Assembly: GCA_964439545.1 (NCBI GenBank)
Contig: CAYTOO010000001.1
Coordinates: forward strand, 208-64,207
DNA: 64,000 bases
Direction of reading: 5' to 3'
Origin: an uncultured Oscillospiraceae bacterium
GTDB taxonomy: Bacteria > Bacillota > Clostridia > Oscillospirales > Oscillospiraceae
Position 1 is the stretch's first letter; each line of letters opens with the position of its first letter. Positions 48,910 to 57,477 of this stretch are shown here, one piece after another. The notes under the pieces were generated by a model that did no database searches, was not told the DNA's origin, and saw only the letters and a list, made by a program, of their open reading frames with translations. Made by a program: the position numbers and the translations under genes.

Positions 48910-49929
48910 TTACACCTTTCCGTTCAAAAACTGATAGACGGTTTCCTTCAAATCCTGCAGGGGCATTTTGCGAAGTTCAAAGCTGCCTGCCTGCGCTGCG
49001 TACACCACGGTGATGGTGTCGCCCGAGAGCTTCTTATCGTGGGACATGGCCTGCCAAACGCTGTCGGCATTGACATTGCAGGTGGTGGGCAGTCCTAACT
49101 TCTCAAGGATGGCCTTGAGGCGGGGACGAAGGGTCTCACTGCACATGGGCAGCATGCCCAGTGCCACGCACTCGCCGTGGTGGAGGGTATCCAAGCCCGC
49201 CGCCGTTTCGATGCCGTGACCGATGGTGTGACCGAAGTTCAGCACGCGGCGAAGGCCTGTTTCCTTCTCATCCTCTTTCACCACTGCCGCCTTAATGCGG
49301 AGGGAGGCAGCGATGATCTCATCAATATGATCGAGGACATTTTCATTTTCAAACCGTGCAAGGAGCGCTTCATCGAAGGTCGCCGCCATTTTCACCGCCT
49401 CGGCAAGGCCTGCGGCGATGTGGCGCTGAGGAAGAGTCTCCAGCACATCGGGGTCAATGAGCACTGCCTTGGGCTGATAGAACGCGCCCACGCAGTTCTT
49501 GATGCCATCGAGGTCGATGGCTACCTTGCCGCCGATAGAGGAGTCCACTTGGGACAGCACTGTGGTGGGGACATTGTAAAAGTCGATGCCCCGCATGTAG
49601 GAGGCGGCGGCAAAGCCCGCCAAATCACCCACCATGCCACCGCCCACAGCCACCACGCAATCGGTGCGGGTAAAGCCATTCTGCAGCATCACGCGGCAGA
49701 GGTCGGTGAAATTCTCCACATTCTTGCTGCCCTCACCTTGGGGAAGGGTCACCACCGTAGGGGCGGCGCAGCAAGCAGAGATGGTCTCAGCGTACGCTGC
49801 AGGCACGCCGCTGTCGGTGACAAGGAGCACCTTGCGGTTTAAGTTCATATATGCATCGGCGCGATGCAAAACGCCGCGCTCGATGGTGATGGGATAGCTG
49901 TTCTTGCCTAATTCAGCAATGATCTCCAT
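48910..49929 (-). CDS. aroB: 3-dehydroquinate synthase
   Basis: GEGSK, GGGMVGDLAGF, PTTVLSQVDSSIGGK, LNFGHTIGH, HGECVALG. Confidence 0.94.
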   Translation of the reverse strand: MEIIAELGKNSYPITIERGVLHRADAYMNLNRKVLLVTDSGVPAAYAETISACCAAPTVVTLPQGEGSKNVENFTDLCRVMLQNGFTRTDCVVAVGGGMVGDLAGFAAASYMRGIDFYNVPTTVLSQVDSSIGGKVAIDLDGIKNCVGAFYQPKAVLIDPDVLETLPQRHIAAGLAEAVKMAATFDEALLARFENENVLDHIDEIIAASLRIKAAVVKEDEKETGLRRVLNFGHTIGHGIETAAGLDTLHHGECVALGMLPMCSETLRPRLKAILEKLGLPTTCNVNADSVWQAMSHDKKLSGDTITVVYAAQAGSFELRKMPLQDLKETVYQFLNGKV

Positions 49930-49939
49930 AGTTCTTTCC

Positions 49940-51019
49940 TCAAGCAAAAGAGCCGACACACTTGATCTTATCGCAGCACACGGTCATGGCCTCGATCATA
50001 CACTTGCCGTCATAGCTGCGGACATCGCCTTCGGCCTCCACATAGAAGTAGTACTGCCACAGCAGCTCCTTCATGGGGCGGCTGCGCATAACGTGCATGC
50101 TGAAGCCATAAGAGCCAATAATATTTAGTGCGCGGGCGAGGCAGCCTGCCTCGTTGGGCACGGTAAACATCAAAATGAAGTGGGCACCGGGCTTCTTGCT
50201 GATGCTGCGATCCTCGCTGCGGGCCAGCACCACAAAGCGGGTGGTGTTCACCTGAGAGTGATTCACGCTCTCAGCCAGCACCTTCAAGCCGTACATCTCA
50301 GCGCTCTCGCCGCTGGCGATGGCTGCCACGGTGGGGTCGTTCAGCTCTGCCACATACTTGGCGGCGAGGGCAGTGTTGCTGAAAGTACGCTGTTCAAAGC
50401 CATGCTTGGTGATATACTCATCGCACTGGGACAGAGCCTGAGGATGGCTCACCACCGTCTTGATGGTGTCGAGAGTCGCGCCCTCCACTGCCAGCAGATC
50501 GTGGGTCACAGAAAGAGCCAAAGTGCCGTTGACATAGAGAGGGCCGGAGAACATGAGATCGGTGACCTGACCAACTTCACCTGCGTAGCTGTTCTCCAAA
50601 GGCAGAACAACAGCATCGCACTCGCCGTTAACCACAGAGTCGTAAGCGGACTTAAAGCCGGAATAGGCGATCTTCTCCGCCTGAGGAAACAGCTTATCAG
50701 CTGCAATATGGGCAAACGCGCCCTCAACACCGCTATAGGCCACCTTCATTCCCTGCAGAAGCTTGTGCTGATAGCGGCGGGAAATCGTCATGGTATCACG
50801 GAGGAAGTCCGTATAATAGCCGCGGAGGTCGTCATTCTCGATGCGCTCTGCACCGCTGCGGATCACCTCTGCCTCACGATTGGCATCAAAGATAGGCAGA
50901 CCATGTGCCTTCTTATGCTCGGCAACGATCTCAGCTGCCTCCATACGGCGCACGAACAACTCTGCCATCTGTGCGTCTACTTCATCGATAATCTTTCTTG
51001 CTTCTTGTAACTTGTCCAT
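49940..51019 (-). CDS. pheA: Bifunctional chorismate mutase / prephenate dehydratase
   Basis: N-terminal RKIIDEVD...RE chorismate mutase domain; PLENS, SHPQAL, NTTRF, C-terminal ACT with SRP. Confidence 0.9.
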   Translation of the reverse strand: MDKLQEARKIIDEVDAQMAELFVRRMEAAEIVAEHKKAHGLPIFDANREAEVIRSGAERIENDDLRGYYTDFLRDTMTISRRYQHKLLQGMKVAYSGVEGAFAHIAADKLFPQAEKIAYSGFKSAYDSVVNGECDAVVLPLENSYAGEVGQVTDLMFSGPLYVNGTLALSVTHDLLAVEGATLDTIKTVVSHPQALSQCDEYITKHGFEQRTFSNTALAAKYVAELNDPTVAAIASGESAEMYGLKVLAESVNHSQVNTTRFVVLARSEDRSISKKPGAHFILMFTVPNEAGCLARALNIIGSYGFSMHVMRSRPMKELLWQYYFYVEAEGDVRSYDGKCMIEAMTVCCDKIKCVGSFA

Positions 51020-51138
51020 GGTGTTTTCTCCTGTTTTCGCCTTGGTAAGGTATTGCATTTGTCTGTCAGAGAAACACAAATTGAGTTTTCTCGCAGTGAG
51101 AGCTTTTCCTGTTGGTCCGGCAGATAATAAATATAATA

Positions 51139-51166
51139 ATTATACCCCTTTTTTCTTTTTGGTCAA
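51139..51166 (-). promoter_or_regulatory. SigA-like promoter of aro operon
   Basis: TTGACC-16-TATAAT. Confidence 0.6.
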
Positions 51167-51266
51167 TAGTAATATACAAATTTTGCCATTTTCAGCGAAT
51201 GGTTCACCCAATTTTAACGATTATCGTCACTTACCAAAAAGTAACTTATCATTCACTAAAGAGGGA

Positions 51267-51298
51267 AAGGGTTTGAAATCGTGAGATTTCAAACCCTT
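51267..51298 (-). terminator. Intrinsic terminator hairpin
   Basis: aagggtttgaaatc-gtga-gatttcaaaccctt immediately after the URO-D-family stop. Confidence 0.7.
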
Positions 51299-51303
51299 GT
51301 TGT

Positions 51304-52374
51304 TCACCTGTAGAAGTCAGCGTACTTTGTCATGGCATCCATCACCGCCTTGGCGTTTTCCAAAGGGATGTCGGGATAGAGACCGTAAATCATCATGAGG
51401 CCGCCCTCTTTACAGCCCACTGTTTCGATGCAGTGACGGATATGGGCATCGATGTCGGCAGGGGTGCCGAAGCGGGTGATGTTCTGGCGGTCGATGTCCA
51501 GATCCACGCAGGTCTTACCGCGGAACTTGCCGCCGATCCACTCCACGCCGTTGACCAAATCCTGCAAGTTGATAATATCCACGCCGCCGTCGATGATGTC
51601 ATCCACCAGCGTGCGGATGTCGCCGTCGGAGTGCATGTGGATGATCTTCCCCGCCTCGCGGACAGGGGCAAGCATCCGCTGATAGAGAGGCTTAATATAC
51701 TGACGGAACAATGCAGGACTGATCATAGGCCCTGTCTGCATGCCCAAATCCTCGGGGATGCGGATCATGTCCACATCGGCCTTCAAAAAGTGATGGATCT
51801 GGGCAAGGTTAAACTGGCACAGCCGCTCCAAGAGGTCGAGGATGTCCTCTTCCCCATCGGATAAGTCCATGAGGGTGTCCATATAGCCGCGGATGTCGCA
51901 CAGCTGCTGGAAGGTGTGACCGTGGCGCAGGTCGCCGTAGGTCATCTCCCTCGCCGCCTTTTGCCGCGCCACCTCTTGCTCAAAGGCCGCCCAATCCACC
52001 GCGCCGAGGCCGTTGCTGCGCTCGGGGTCGGGGAGCTGATAGGCGGGGTACTTCCCCATATCTGCCAAGGGGTGCTCCAGCACCGAGCCCACAATGCCGT
52101 CCATGGTGGTGTGCCACACGCAGCCGAAATCATCGGTATAGGGCACACCTGCTTGCGCGTTGGCATCGTACTCCACCGTAAGAGGCGTGGAGGAAGGCTG
52201 GAAGTTGGGGAACAAAAAGGGATGCTCCGCCATCAGCTGTTGCAATGCATCTTGGTCATAGTGATCCCAGCAGGCGGCATTGATGTGGAAGGTCATGGGG
52301 ATATAGTCGGGGCGTTGAAAGCGGATGGTACGCAGCAGCGTATCACGGTCCGCCGACGATGTGGATACGTACAT
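51304..52374 (-). CDS. Uroporphyrinogen decarboxylase / MtaA-CmuA-like family protein
   Basis: TDDFGCVW, EDLGMQTGPMISP, HMHSDG, DIDRQ, C-terminal PDIPLEN. Confidence 0.82.
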   Translation of the reverse strand: MYVSTSSADRDTLLRTIRFQRPDYIPMTFHINAACWDHYDQDALQQLMAEHPFLFPNFQPSSTPLTVEYDANAQAGVPYTDDFGCVWHTTMDGIVGSVLEHPLADMGKYPAYQLPDPERSNGLGAVDWAAFEQEVARQKAAREMTYGDLRHGHTFQQLCDIRGYMDTLMDLSDGEEDILDLLERLCQFNLAQIHHFLKADVDMIRIPEDLGMQTGPMISPALFRQYIKPLYQRMLAPVREAGKIIHMHSDGDIRTLVDDIIDGGVDIINLQDLVNGVEWIGGKFRGKTCVDLDIDRQNITRFGTPADIDAHIRHCIETVGCKEGGLMMIYGLYPDIPLENAKAVMDAMTKYADFYR

Positions 52375-52385
52375 AGTCCCTCTCC

Positions 52386-52799
52386 TTAAATCAAAATGCC
52401 GTCGCAGTGGTCGATCTCATGCTGGATGATCTGTGCGGGGAATCCGGTGAACGTCTTAATGCGGGTCTGCATCTCCGCCGTCTGCCACTGCACCTTGATG
52501 GTCTGATAGCGCTTGCACTTACGCGGGCCCCCCAAGAGAGAAAGGCAGCCTTCCTCCGTGTCGTACTGCCCCGACTTTTTAAGGATCTGCGGGTTGAACA
52601 TGGTCATGTAGGTACCTTCGTTATCGAAGCAAATAATGCGCTTTTTTGCGCCGATCATGTTGGCAGCCATGCCCACACAGCCATCCTTATGGGCCATGAT
52701 GGTGTCCAGCAAGTCCTGCGCCACCTGCAAGTCTTCCTTGGTGGCAGGCTCGGACTTAAGGCTTAAAAAGATAGGGTCGTGAATGAGTTCTTTAACCAT
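52386..52799 (-). CDS. def: Peptide deformylase (short form)
   Basis: GMAANMIG, EGCLS, QHEIDHCDGIL. Confidence 0.88.
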   Translation of the reverse strand: MVKELIHDPIFLSLKSEPATKEDLQVAQDLLDTIMAHKDGCVGMAANMIGAKKRIICFDNEGTYMTMFNPQILKKSGQYDTEEGCLSLLGGPRKCKRYQTIKVQWQTAEMQTRIKTFTGFPAQIIQHEIDHCDGILI

Positions 52800-53181
52800 G
52801 GTAAACCTCGATAATTCTCTTCAAAATTTCCTCATCTGCGGGGCAGAAGTCGTAATTGGGGATCTCCACGGGGGTGATCCAGCGGATGTCGTTATGCTCC
52901 AGTTTTTGGGGCACGCCCTCGGCAATGACGGCGTGAAATAGAGTCAAATGAACGGTAATGTCGGGATATTCGTGGACCACATCCATAAATACCTCACCCA
53001 CCGAGAGGGTCACCGCCAGTTCCTCTTGGCATTCGCGGATGAGGGCAGCTTCGCGGCTCTCCCCTGCTTCTACCTTGCCGCCCACAAACTCCCACAGAAG
53101 GCCGCGGGCTTTATGGGCAGGCCGCTGGCAGATCATGAACTTCTCGCCCTCCCATACAAGGGCTGCTACGACTTCTACCAT
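52792..53181 (-). CDS. NUDIX hydrolase (MutT/NudG-like)
   Basis: WEFVGGKVEAGESREAALIRECQEEL Nudix box. Confidence 0.9.
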   Translation of the reverse strand: MVEVVAALVWEGEKFMICQRPAHKARGLLWEFVGGKVEAGESREAALIRECQEELAVTLSVGEVFMDVVHEYPDITVHLTLFHAVIAEGVPQKLEHNDIRWITPVEIPNYDFCPADEEILKRIIEVYHG

Positions 53182-53302
53182 TGGGGGTTCCTCTCTTTGT
53201 CATTTTTTCTTATTATAGCGCGAAAGTTTCTCCCTTGCAACAGGTGCCATAGGTCAAAGACAAGCATAAAATAGTGCGGGCCCAATCTTAATAAGCATGT
53301 AG

Positions 53303-54469
53303 GTGATGCTTGTGAACAGACAAAACCAGTATAACGATCGAAACAATCGCAACGACAGAAATCGAAACGATAATTGCGGCAATCCATCTTTCAACAACGA
53401 TTGCTCCTGTAACGACGATAATGACCCCTATTATCCCTGCATTAACTGTCCCCCCGGACCGCAAGGTCCTCAGGGTCCCAGAGGGGCAATGGGTCCTGCT
53501 GGCCCTCGTGGTCCTGCGGGGCAGCCCGGCCCTACCGGCCCGCAAGGACCTGCCGGTGAAGCGGGGCCTGTTGGTCCGCAGGGGCCTGTCGGTGAGACCG
53601 GCCCTGTTGGTCCGCAGGGACCTATCGGTTTGATGGGACCTGCCGGTCCGCAAGGGCCTGCTGGTGAAACCGGCCCCGCTGGTCCTCAAGGGCCTGTCGG
53701 TGAGACTGGTCCTGCCGGTCCGCAGGGGCCTGTCGGTGAGACGGGGCCCGTTGGTCCGCAGGGGCCTATCGGTGAAACAGGGCCTGCCGGTCCGCAGGGG
53801 CCTGTCGGTGAGACGGGATCCGTTGGCCCGCAGGGACCTATCGGTTTGACGGGACCCGCCGGTCCGCAAGGTCCTGCTGGTGAGACCGGCCCTGTTGGTC
53901 CGCAGGGGCCTGTCGGTGAAACGGGACCCGTTGGTCCGCAAGGGCCTGCTGGTGAAACAGGGCCTGCTGGTCCCCAGGGACCTATCGGTGAAACGGGACC
54001 CGTTGGCCCGCAGGGACCTATCGGGGAAACGGGGCCTGCAGGCAGTGTCCTTGGCTACGCCGATTTCTATGCACTGATGCCTCCCGACAACGCTGCATCT
54101 GTCGCTCCCGGCGCAGATGTGAGTTTCCCGCAGGATGGTCCCAACAGCGGCACGGATATCGTCCGTGCTGACGAGTCCTCCTTTATCTTGTCAGAGGCCG
54201 GCACGTATCAAGTGCTGTTCAATGTCCCTGTCATGGAAGCTGGGCAGCTGCTGCTGACCATCAACGGTGACGATCTGCCCTACACGGTGGTGGGTCGTGC
54301 CACGGGGGCCTCTCCCATCATTGGCATGGCTCTGGTGGAGACAGGACTTGACAATGCCATTCTGACAGTGCGTAACCCCGCTGGGAACGCGGCGGCTCTG
54401 ACCATCACCCCTGTGGCGGGCGGCCCGCGCTCTGTCTCGGCGCATTTGGTCATCACTCGTCTGAGATAA
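53303..54469 (+). CDS. Collagen-like protein with C-terminal globular (BclA-like) domain
   Basis: 65 uninterrupted Gly-X-Y triplets; Asn/Cys-rich N-terminus; beta-rich C-terminus; true start may be GTG at 53312. Confidence 0.88.
   Translation: MMLVNRQNQYNDRNNRNDRNRNDNCGNPSFNNDCSCNDDNDPYYPCINCPPGPQGPQGPRGAMGPAGPRGPAGQPGPTGPQGPAGEAGPVGPQGPVGETGPVGPQGPIGLMGPAGPQGPAGETGPAGPQGPVGETGPAGPQGPVGETGPVGPQGPIGETGPAGPQGPVGETGSVGPQGPIGLTGPAGPQGPAGETGPVGPQGPVGETGPVGPQGPAGETGPAGPQGPIGETGPVGPQGPIGETGPAGSVLGYADFYALMPPDNAASVAPGADVSFPQDGPNSGTDIVRADESSFILSEAGTYQVLFNVPVMEAGQLLLTINGDDLPYTVVGRATGASPIIGMALVETGLDNAILTVRNPAGNAAALTITPVAGGPRSVSAHLVITRLR
53456..54040 (+). repeat. Coding tandem repeat, 36-nt unit (GPQ-GP[VIA]-GET-GP[AV])
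   Basis: Repeated ggtccgcaggggcctgtcggtgagac... with synonymous variation. Confidence 0.95.
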
Positions 54470-54496
54470 AGAAAAATCCACAAAAGAAGAATCATC

Positions 54497-54530
54497 AGAG
54501 GCGCGTACTGCACAGGCGGTACGCGCCTCT
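54497..54530 (+). terminator. Strong hairpin downstream of collagen-like gene
   Basis: agaggcgcgtactg...cggtacgcgcctct; weak U-tract. Confidence 0.55.
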
Positions 54531-54547
54531 CCCCTATTGAGGGCAAC

Positions 54548-54718
54548 AAAAAAGCGCCCTTGCGGCGCATGTAAATTCTCTGTAAAATGAAAGTAACCCT
54601 CGACACATTGCCTACTCACTGCAACGGTCGAGGGTTACTCCACGAAATAGGTGGGTTCCATCATTTACGTAACCTCTACTTTCTATAGACTTACGAGGGA
54701 TTGTTGCTCCCTTACTGT
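54548..54718 (-). ncRNA. Candidate ~170-nt structured small RNA
   Basis: Promoter TTGTCA(54753)-17-TATATT(54730); several hairpins incl. 13-bp agtaaccctcgac/gtcgagggttact; terminator gcgcc-gcaag-ggcgc-tttttt. Confidence 0.5.
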
Positions 54719-54802
54719 GGTTACAATATACTCCCAAAAATCTCTTTTGACAAGACGTAATAGTATACAATATTTTCCAACAAATATCGGACAGATTGCG
54801 AA

Positions 54803-54867
54803 TAGACAATGTATATTCTGTGTGTTATGATGAATGTGTTGGGCCGCTCCACAGGAGCGACCCTTTT
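54803..54867 (+). promoter_or_regulatory. SigA-like promoter followed immediately by a terminator-like hairpin
   Basis: TAGACA-17-TATGAT with TG extension; gggccgctcc-aca-ggagcgaccc-tttt at 54841-54867. Confidence 0.45.
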
Positions 54868-54872
54868 GTCGT

Positions 54873-55493
54873 TTATCGGATGAAATTGGTAACCTGTTTC
54901 TCCTCTTCCTTGGCAGGGAGACCGAACTGCGCCTTGCCCAATGCGATGGACTTCATGAGGAAGACCATGTTCCGTGCAAGGGTGCGCATGGTCTGCAAAC
55001 CCTCGGCATCCTGCACCGCCTCGCCGGGGATGCGGCCGTGGACACTGTTCCAATACTGGCTGGAGGCCACAGGCATACCGCTGATGGTGAAGTACTTATT
55101 GAGAGCATCAAAAGTGGCAGAGCAGCCGCCGCGGCGGGCTACCGCCACACTTGCGCCCACCTTCATGGTCATGTCGTAGGGTGCGCTGAAGAAAAGGCGA
55201 TCCAAGAGAGCCAGCAGTGTACCGTTGGGAGAGGCGAAGTAGACAGGGCTGCCCACCACGAGGCCGTCTGCCTCACGGAGCTTGTCGGCCACCTCGTTGA
55301 CGAGGTCGTCAAAGACGCACTTCCCCGCCTTGCCGCAGCCATAACAGCTGACACAGCCGCGGATGTCCTTATCCCCCACCTGTACCGTTTCTACCTCGAT
55401 GCCCTCCTGCAAAAAGATGGTCTCCATCTCCTTGAGGGCCAGCGCGGTGTTGCCGTTGGTCTTAGGGCTGCCGTTGAGTAGTAAAACTTTCAT
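54873..55493 (-). CDS. Iron-sulfur flavoprotein / flavodoxin-family (NADPH-dependent FMN reductase-like)
   Basis: LNGSPKTNGNT, CVSCYGCGKAGKC, GSPVYF, ARRGG; start MKVLL. Confidence 0.88.
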   Translation of the reverse strand: MKVLLLNGSPKTNGNTALALKEMETIFLQEGIEVETVQVGDKDIRGCVSCYGCGKAGKCVFDDLVNEVADKLREADGLVVGSPVYFASPNGTLLALLDRLFFSAPYDMTMKVGASVAVARRGGCSATFDALNKYFTISGMPVASSQYWNSVHGRIPGEAVQDAEGLQTMRTLARNMVFLMKSIALGKAQFGLPAKEEEKQVTNFIR

Positions 55494-55515
55494 CGTTAGA
55501 TCCTCCCTCTTATCC

Positions 55516-56403
55516 TTAATGTACGGAGAAATGCTCCATAACAAGTTTTACAAAATCATTGAGTGCCACGTTGTCATCCTCGGCGCGATAGGCCAGATAC
55601 ACGCTGTGGGTGGAGGTCAACTCCACACAGCGCAAGCTTGGGTTGGGGATGGACAGCGACCACACATCACGAATGGTAACACCCTCGTTATTCAGCACGC
55701 CCAAGATAACAGAACTCATGCTGGGGCGTGTCTCTATTTCGGGAATAAAGCGATAGGGCTCAAGATACTTATACATGGATCTCTTGGCGATGTCAAATCC
55801 ATCATGTCCCGTGACTAGGAAGAGTTCATTTTTGAAGTCCTCGGGCTTCAAGTTCTCGCGGGCGCACAGGGGATTCTCCCGCGACACAATGAGGGCCATG
55901 GGCAGCTCCGTCAAGCGGACGGTAGTAATACCCTCCATATAAGGTGAGGGAATGAAGGGCAAGAACAGAGCATCATAATAGTTGTCCTTCAAGCGGGAGA
56001 TCAATGTGGTCAAATCATTTTGACAGGCAGTGTTAATGACCACATCGCGGTGCTTTTCAAAAAACTTCTGCTTTACATCAAGAGTAAAGCGGGACACATC
56101 CCAATCCTCAGGTACGCCGAGGCGCAGCGTTGTCACCGCGCTGCTGCTGAGGCGTTTTGCCTCGGCCAGCATAAGGCCGAAGTCTTGGGTAGAGGTGGCA
56201 AAATAGTTATAAACAAGCCGCCCTGCCTCGGTGAGCACCACGCCGCCGCTGCTGCGCTTGAGAAGCACTACACCCAACTCCTGCTCTAGGTTGCGGATAT
56301 GCTTGCTGAGGGCAGGCTGAGAGATAAAAAACGATTCTGCCGCCTTGGACATACTGCGGCACTCCACCGCACCCATAAAATATTTGATCTGCAGCGTATT
56401 CAT
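55516..56403 (-). CDS. LysR-family transcriptional regulator
   Basis: SMSKAAESFFISQPALSKHIRNLEQELG...LTEAG. Confidence 0.92.
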   Translation of the reverse strand: MNTLQIKYFMGAVECRSMSKAAESFFISQPALSKHIRNLEQELGVVLLKRSSGGVVLTEAGRLVYNYFATSTQDFGLMLAEAKRLSSSAVTTLRLGVPEDWDVSRFTLDVKQKFFEKHRDVVINTACQNDLTTLISRLKDNYYDALFLPFIPSPYMEGITTVRLTELPMALIVSRENPLCARENLKPEDFKNELFLVTGHDGFDIAKRSMYKYLEPYRFIPEIETRPSMSSVILGVLNNEGVTIRDVWSLSIPNPSLRCVELTSTHSVYLAYRAEDDNVALNDFVKLVMEHFSVH

Positions 56404-56538
56404 CCTCTCACCTCTCTAACCATTTGGTTATATTCCCTATTCCAACTCCGTGCTTCAATCGGCATTGTAAGGGGTTTATAATAGGTTTGACCCTAAAAAG
56501 TTATACCCATTATATTCGCAAGAAAGGAGAAATGCAAT

Positions 56539-57438
56539 ATGCGAGAAGCGTCTTTTTCAACGTTTATCGATCACTTCGATATTCTAAGCGTTGAATGGGA
56601 CAAGGCGACCAAGGCGATCCTCGACTGTGGCTTTGTTATGGACAACGGCAGCAACGAGCTTCCCCCCTTCAATCCTGCCGCTGCCGCGGGGAAAAAGCGG
56701 TCTTTTAAGGACATTATCAAGACCCAGTTCATGTTCCGCAACTGCTACATGATCTCCACCCACGCCACTTCCAAAGAGGATGGTCTCTACCACTGCTATG
56801 GCAACTATGACCCTGCCCATCCCGGCATGTATCATCTTGTGTTCGGCTCTCACGACATCGAGCGGCTGTATGATCGCATCACAAAGACCGATTTGAAAGT
56901 CCGCTATGAAGAAGATTTCTGCGGTGAGATCGGCTGGACGGGCCGATTCTGCATCAACGGTGTGAAGAAGGGACAGATGGTGGTCGCAGGTCTTACATTG
57001 GAGCGGGAATATGCCGATATGAGCATCCTCCTCAACAATCAAAAGACCGGACACCTGCTGTACCACCCCGGTCAGTATCGTCACATCAACGGTGCAACGG
57101 AGATTGCGGAGATGATCTTGTGTGTGGATGATCCTGCCGACTTCGACGATCTGTGCCGCGATGTGCCCGTCATCACCGAGTGTATTGAGCATTCTGTGCT
57201 GGACTCCGGCATTAAGACGTTGACCCTCATGGACAGCGAAGCCGTTAAGAGCAAGTATGGCGTCGCTTTGGAGAAGAACAGAAACGGTCAAATGGGTCTG
57301 GTGTTCATCGTGCCCGATTTCGAGTCCCTGGACTTCGTGCTAGAGGTCAACCATGTACCCCACACAGTGAAGGATGATTGCCGTATCGTGGACATTTCCA
57401 AAGAGACCGGCGCATTCTTTGTCTTTAAAACGAAATAA
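56539..57438 (+). CDS. Hypothetical protein, possibly VOC/glyoxalase-like
   Basis: RBS AAAGGAG; N-terminal IDHFDIL..., GMYHLVFGSHDIE, RHINGATEIAEMILCV resemble glyoxalase-like repeats. Confidence 0.55.
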   Translation: MREASFSTFIDHFDILSVEWDKATKAILDCGFVMDNGSNELPPFNPAAAAGKKRSFKDIIKTQFMFRNCYMISTHATSKEDGLYHCYGNYDPAHPGMYHLVFGSHDIERLYDRITKTDLKVRYEEDFCGEIGWTGRFCINGVKKGQMVVAGLTLEREYADMSILLNNQKTGHLLYHPGQYRHINGATEIAEMILCVDDPADFDDLCRDVPVITECIEHSVLDSGIKTLTLMDSEAVKSKYGVALEKNRNGQMGLVFIVPDFESLDFVLEVNHVPHTVKDDCRIVDISKETGAFFVFKTK

Positions 57439-57477
57439 TTCAGCAAATACTAAAATCTATGAAAGGGAGAAATTACC

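Noticed and set aside
51161..51178. TyrR-like box (TGTATA-N6-TTGACC) over the aro -35
   Set aside because: Three mismatches to TGTAAA-N6-TTTACA, AT-rich context, and no TyrR-like regulator in view.
53456..54040. 36-nt periodic repeats as a CRISPR array
   Set aside because: Contiguous in-frame Gly-X-Y coding repeats with no unique spacers and no cas genes.
54548..54718. 6S RNA or tRNA
   Set aside because: Predicted folding is several local hairpins rather than a long rod with central bubble, and there is no cloverleaf or T-loop signature.
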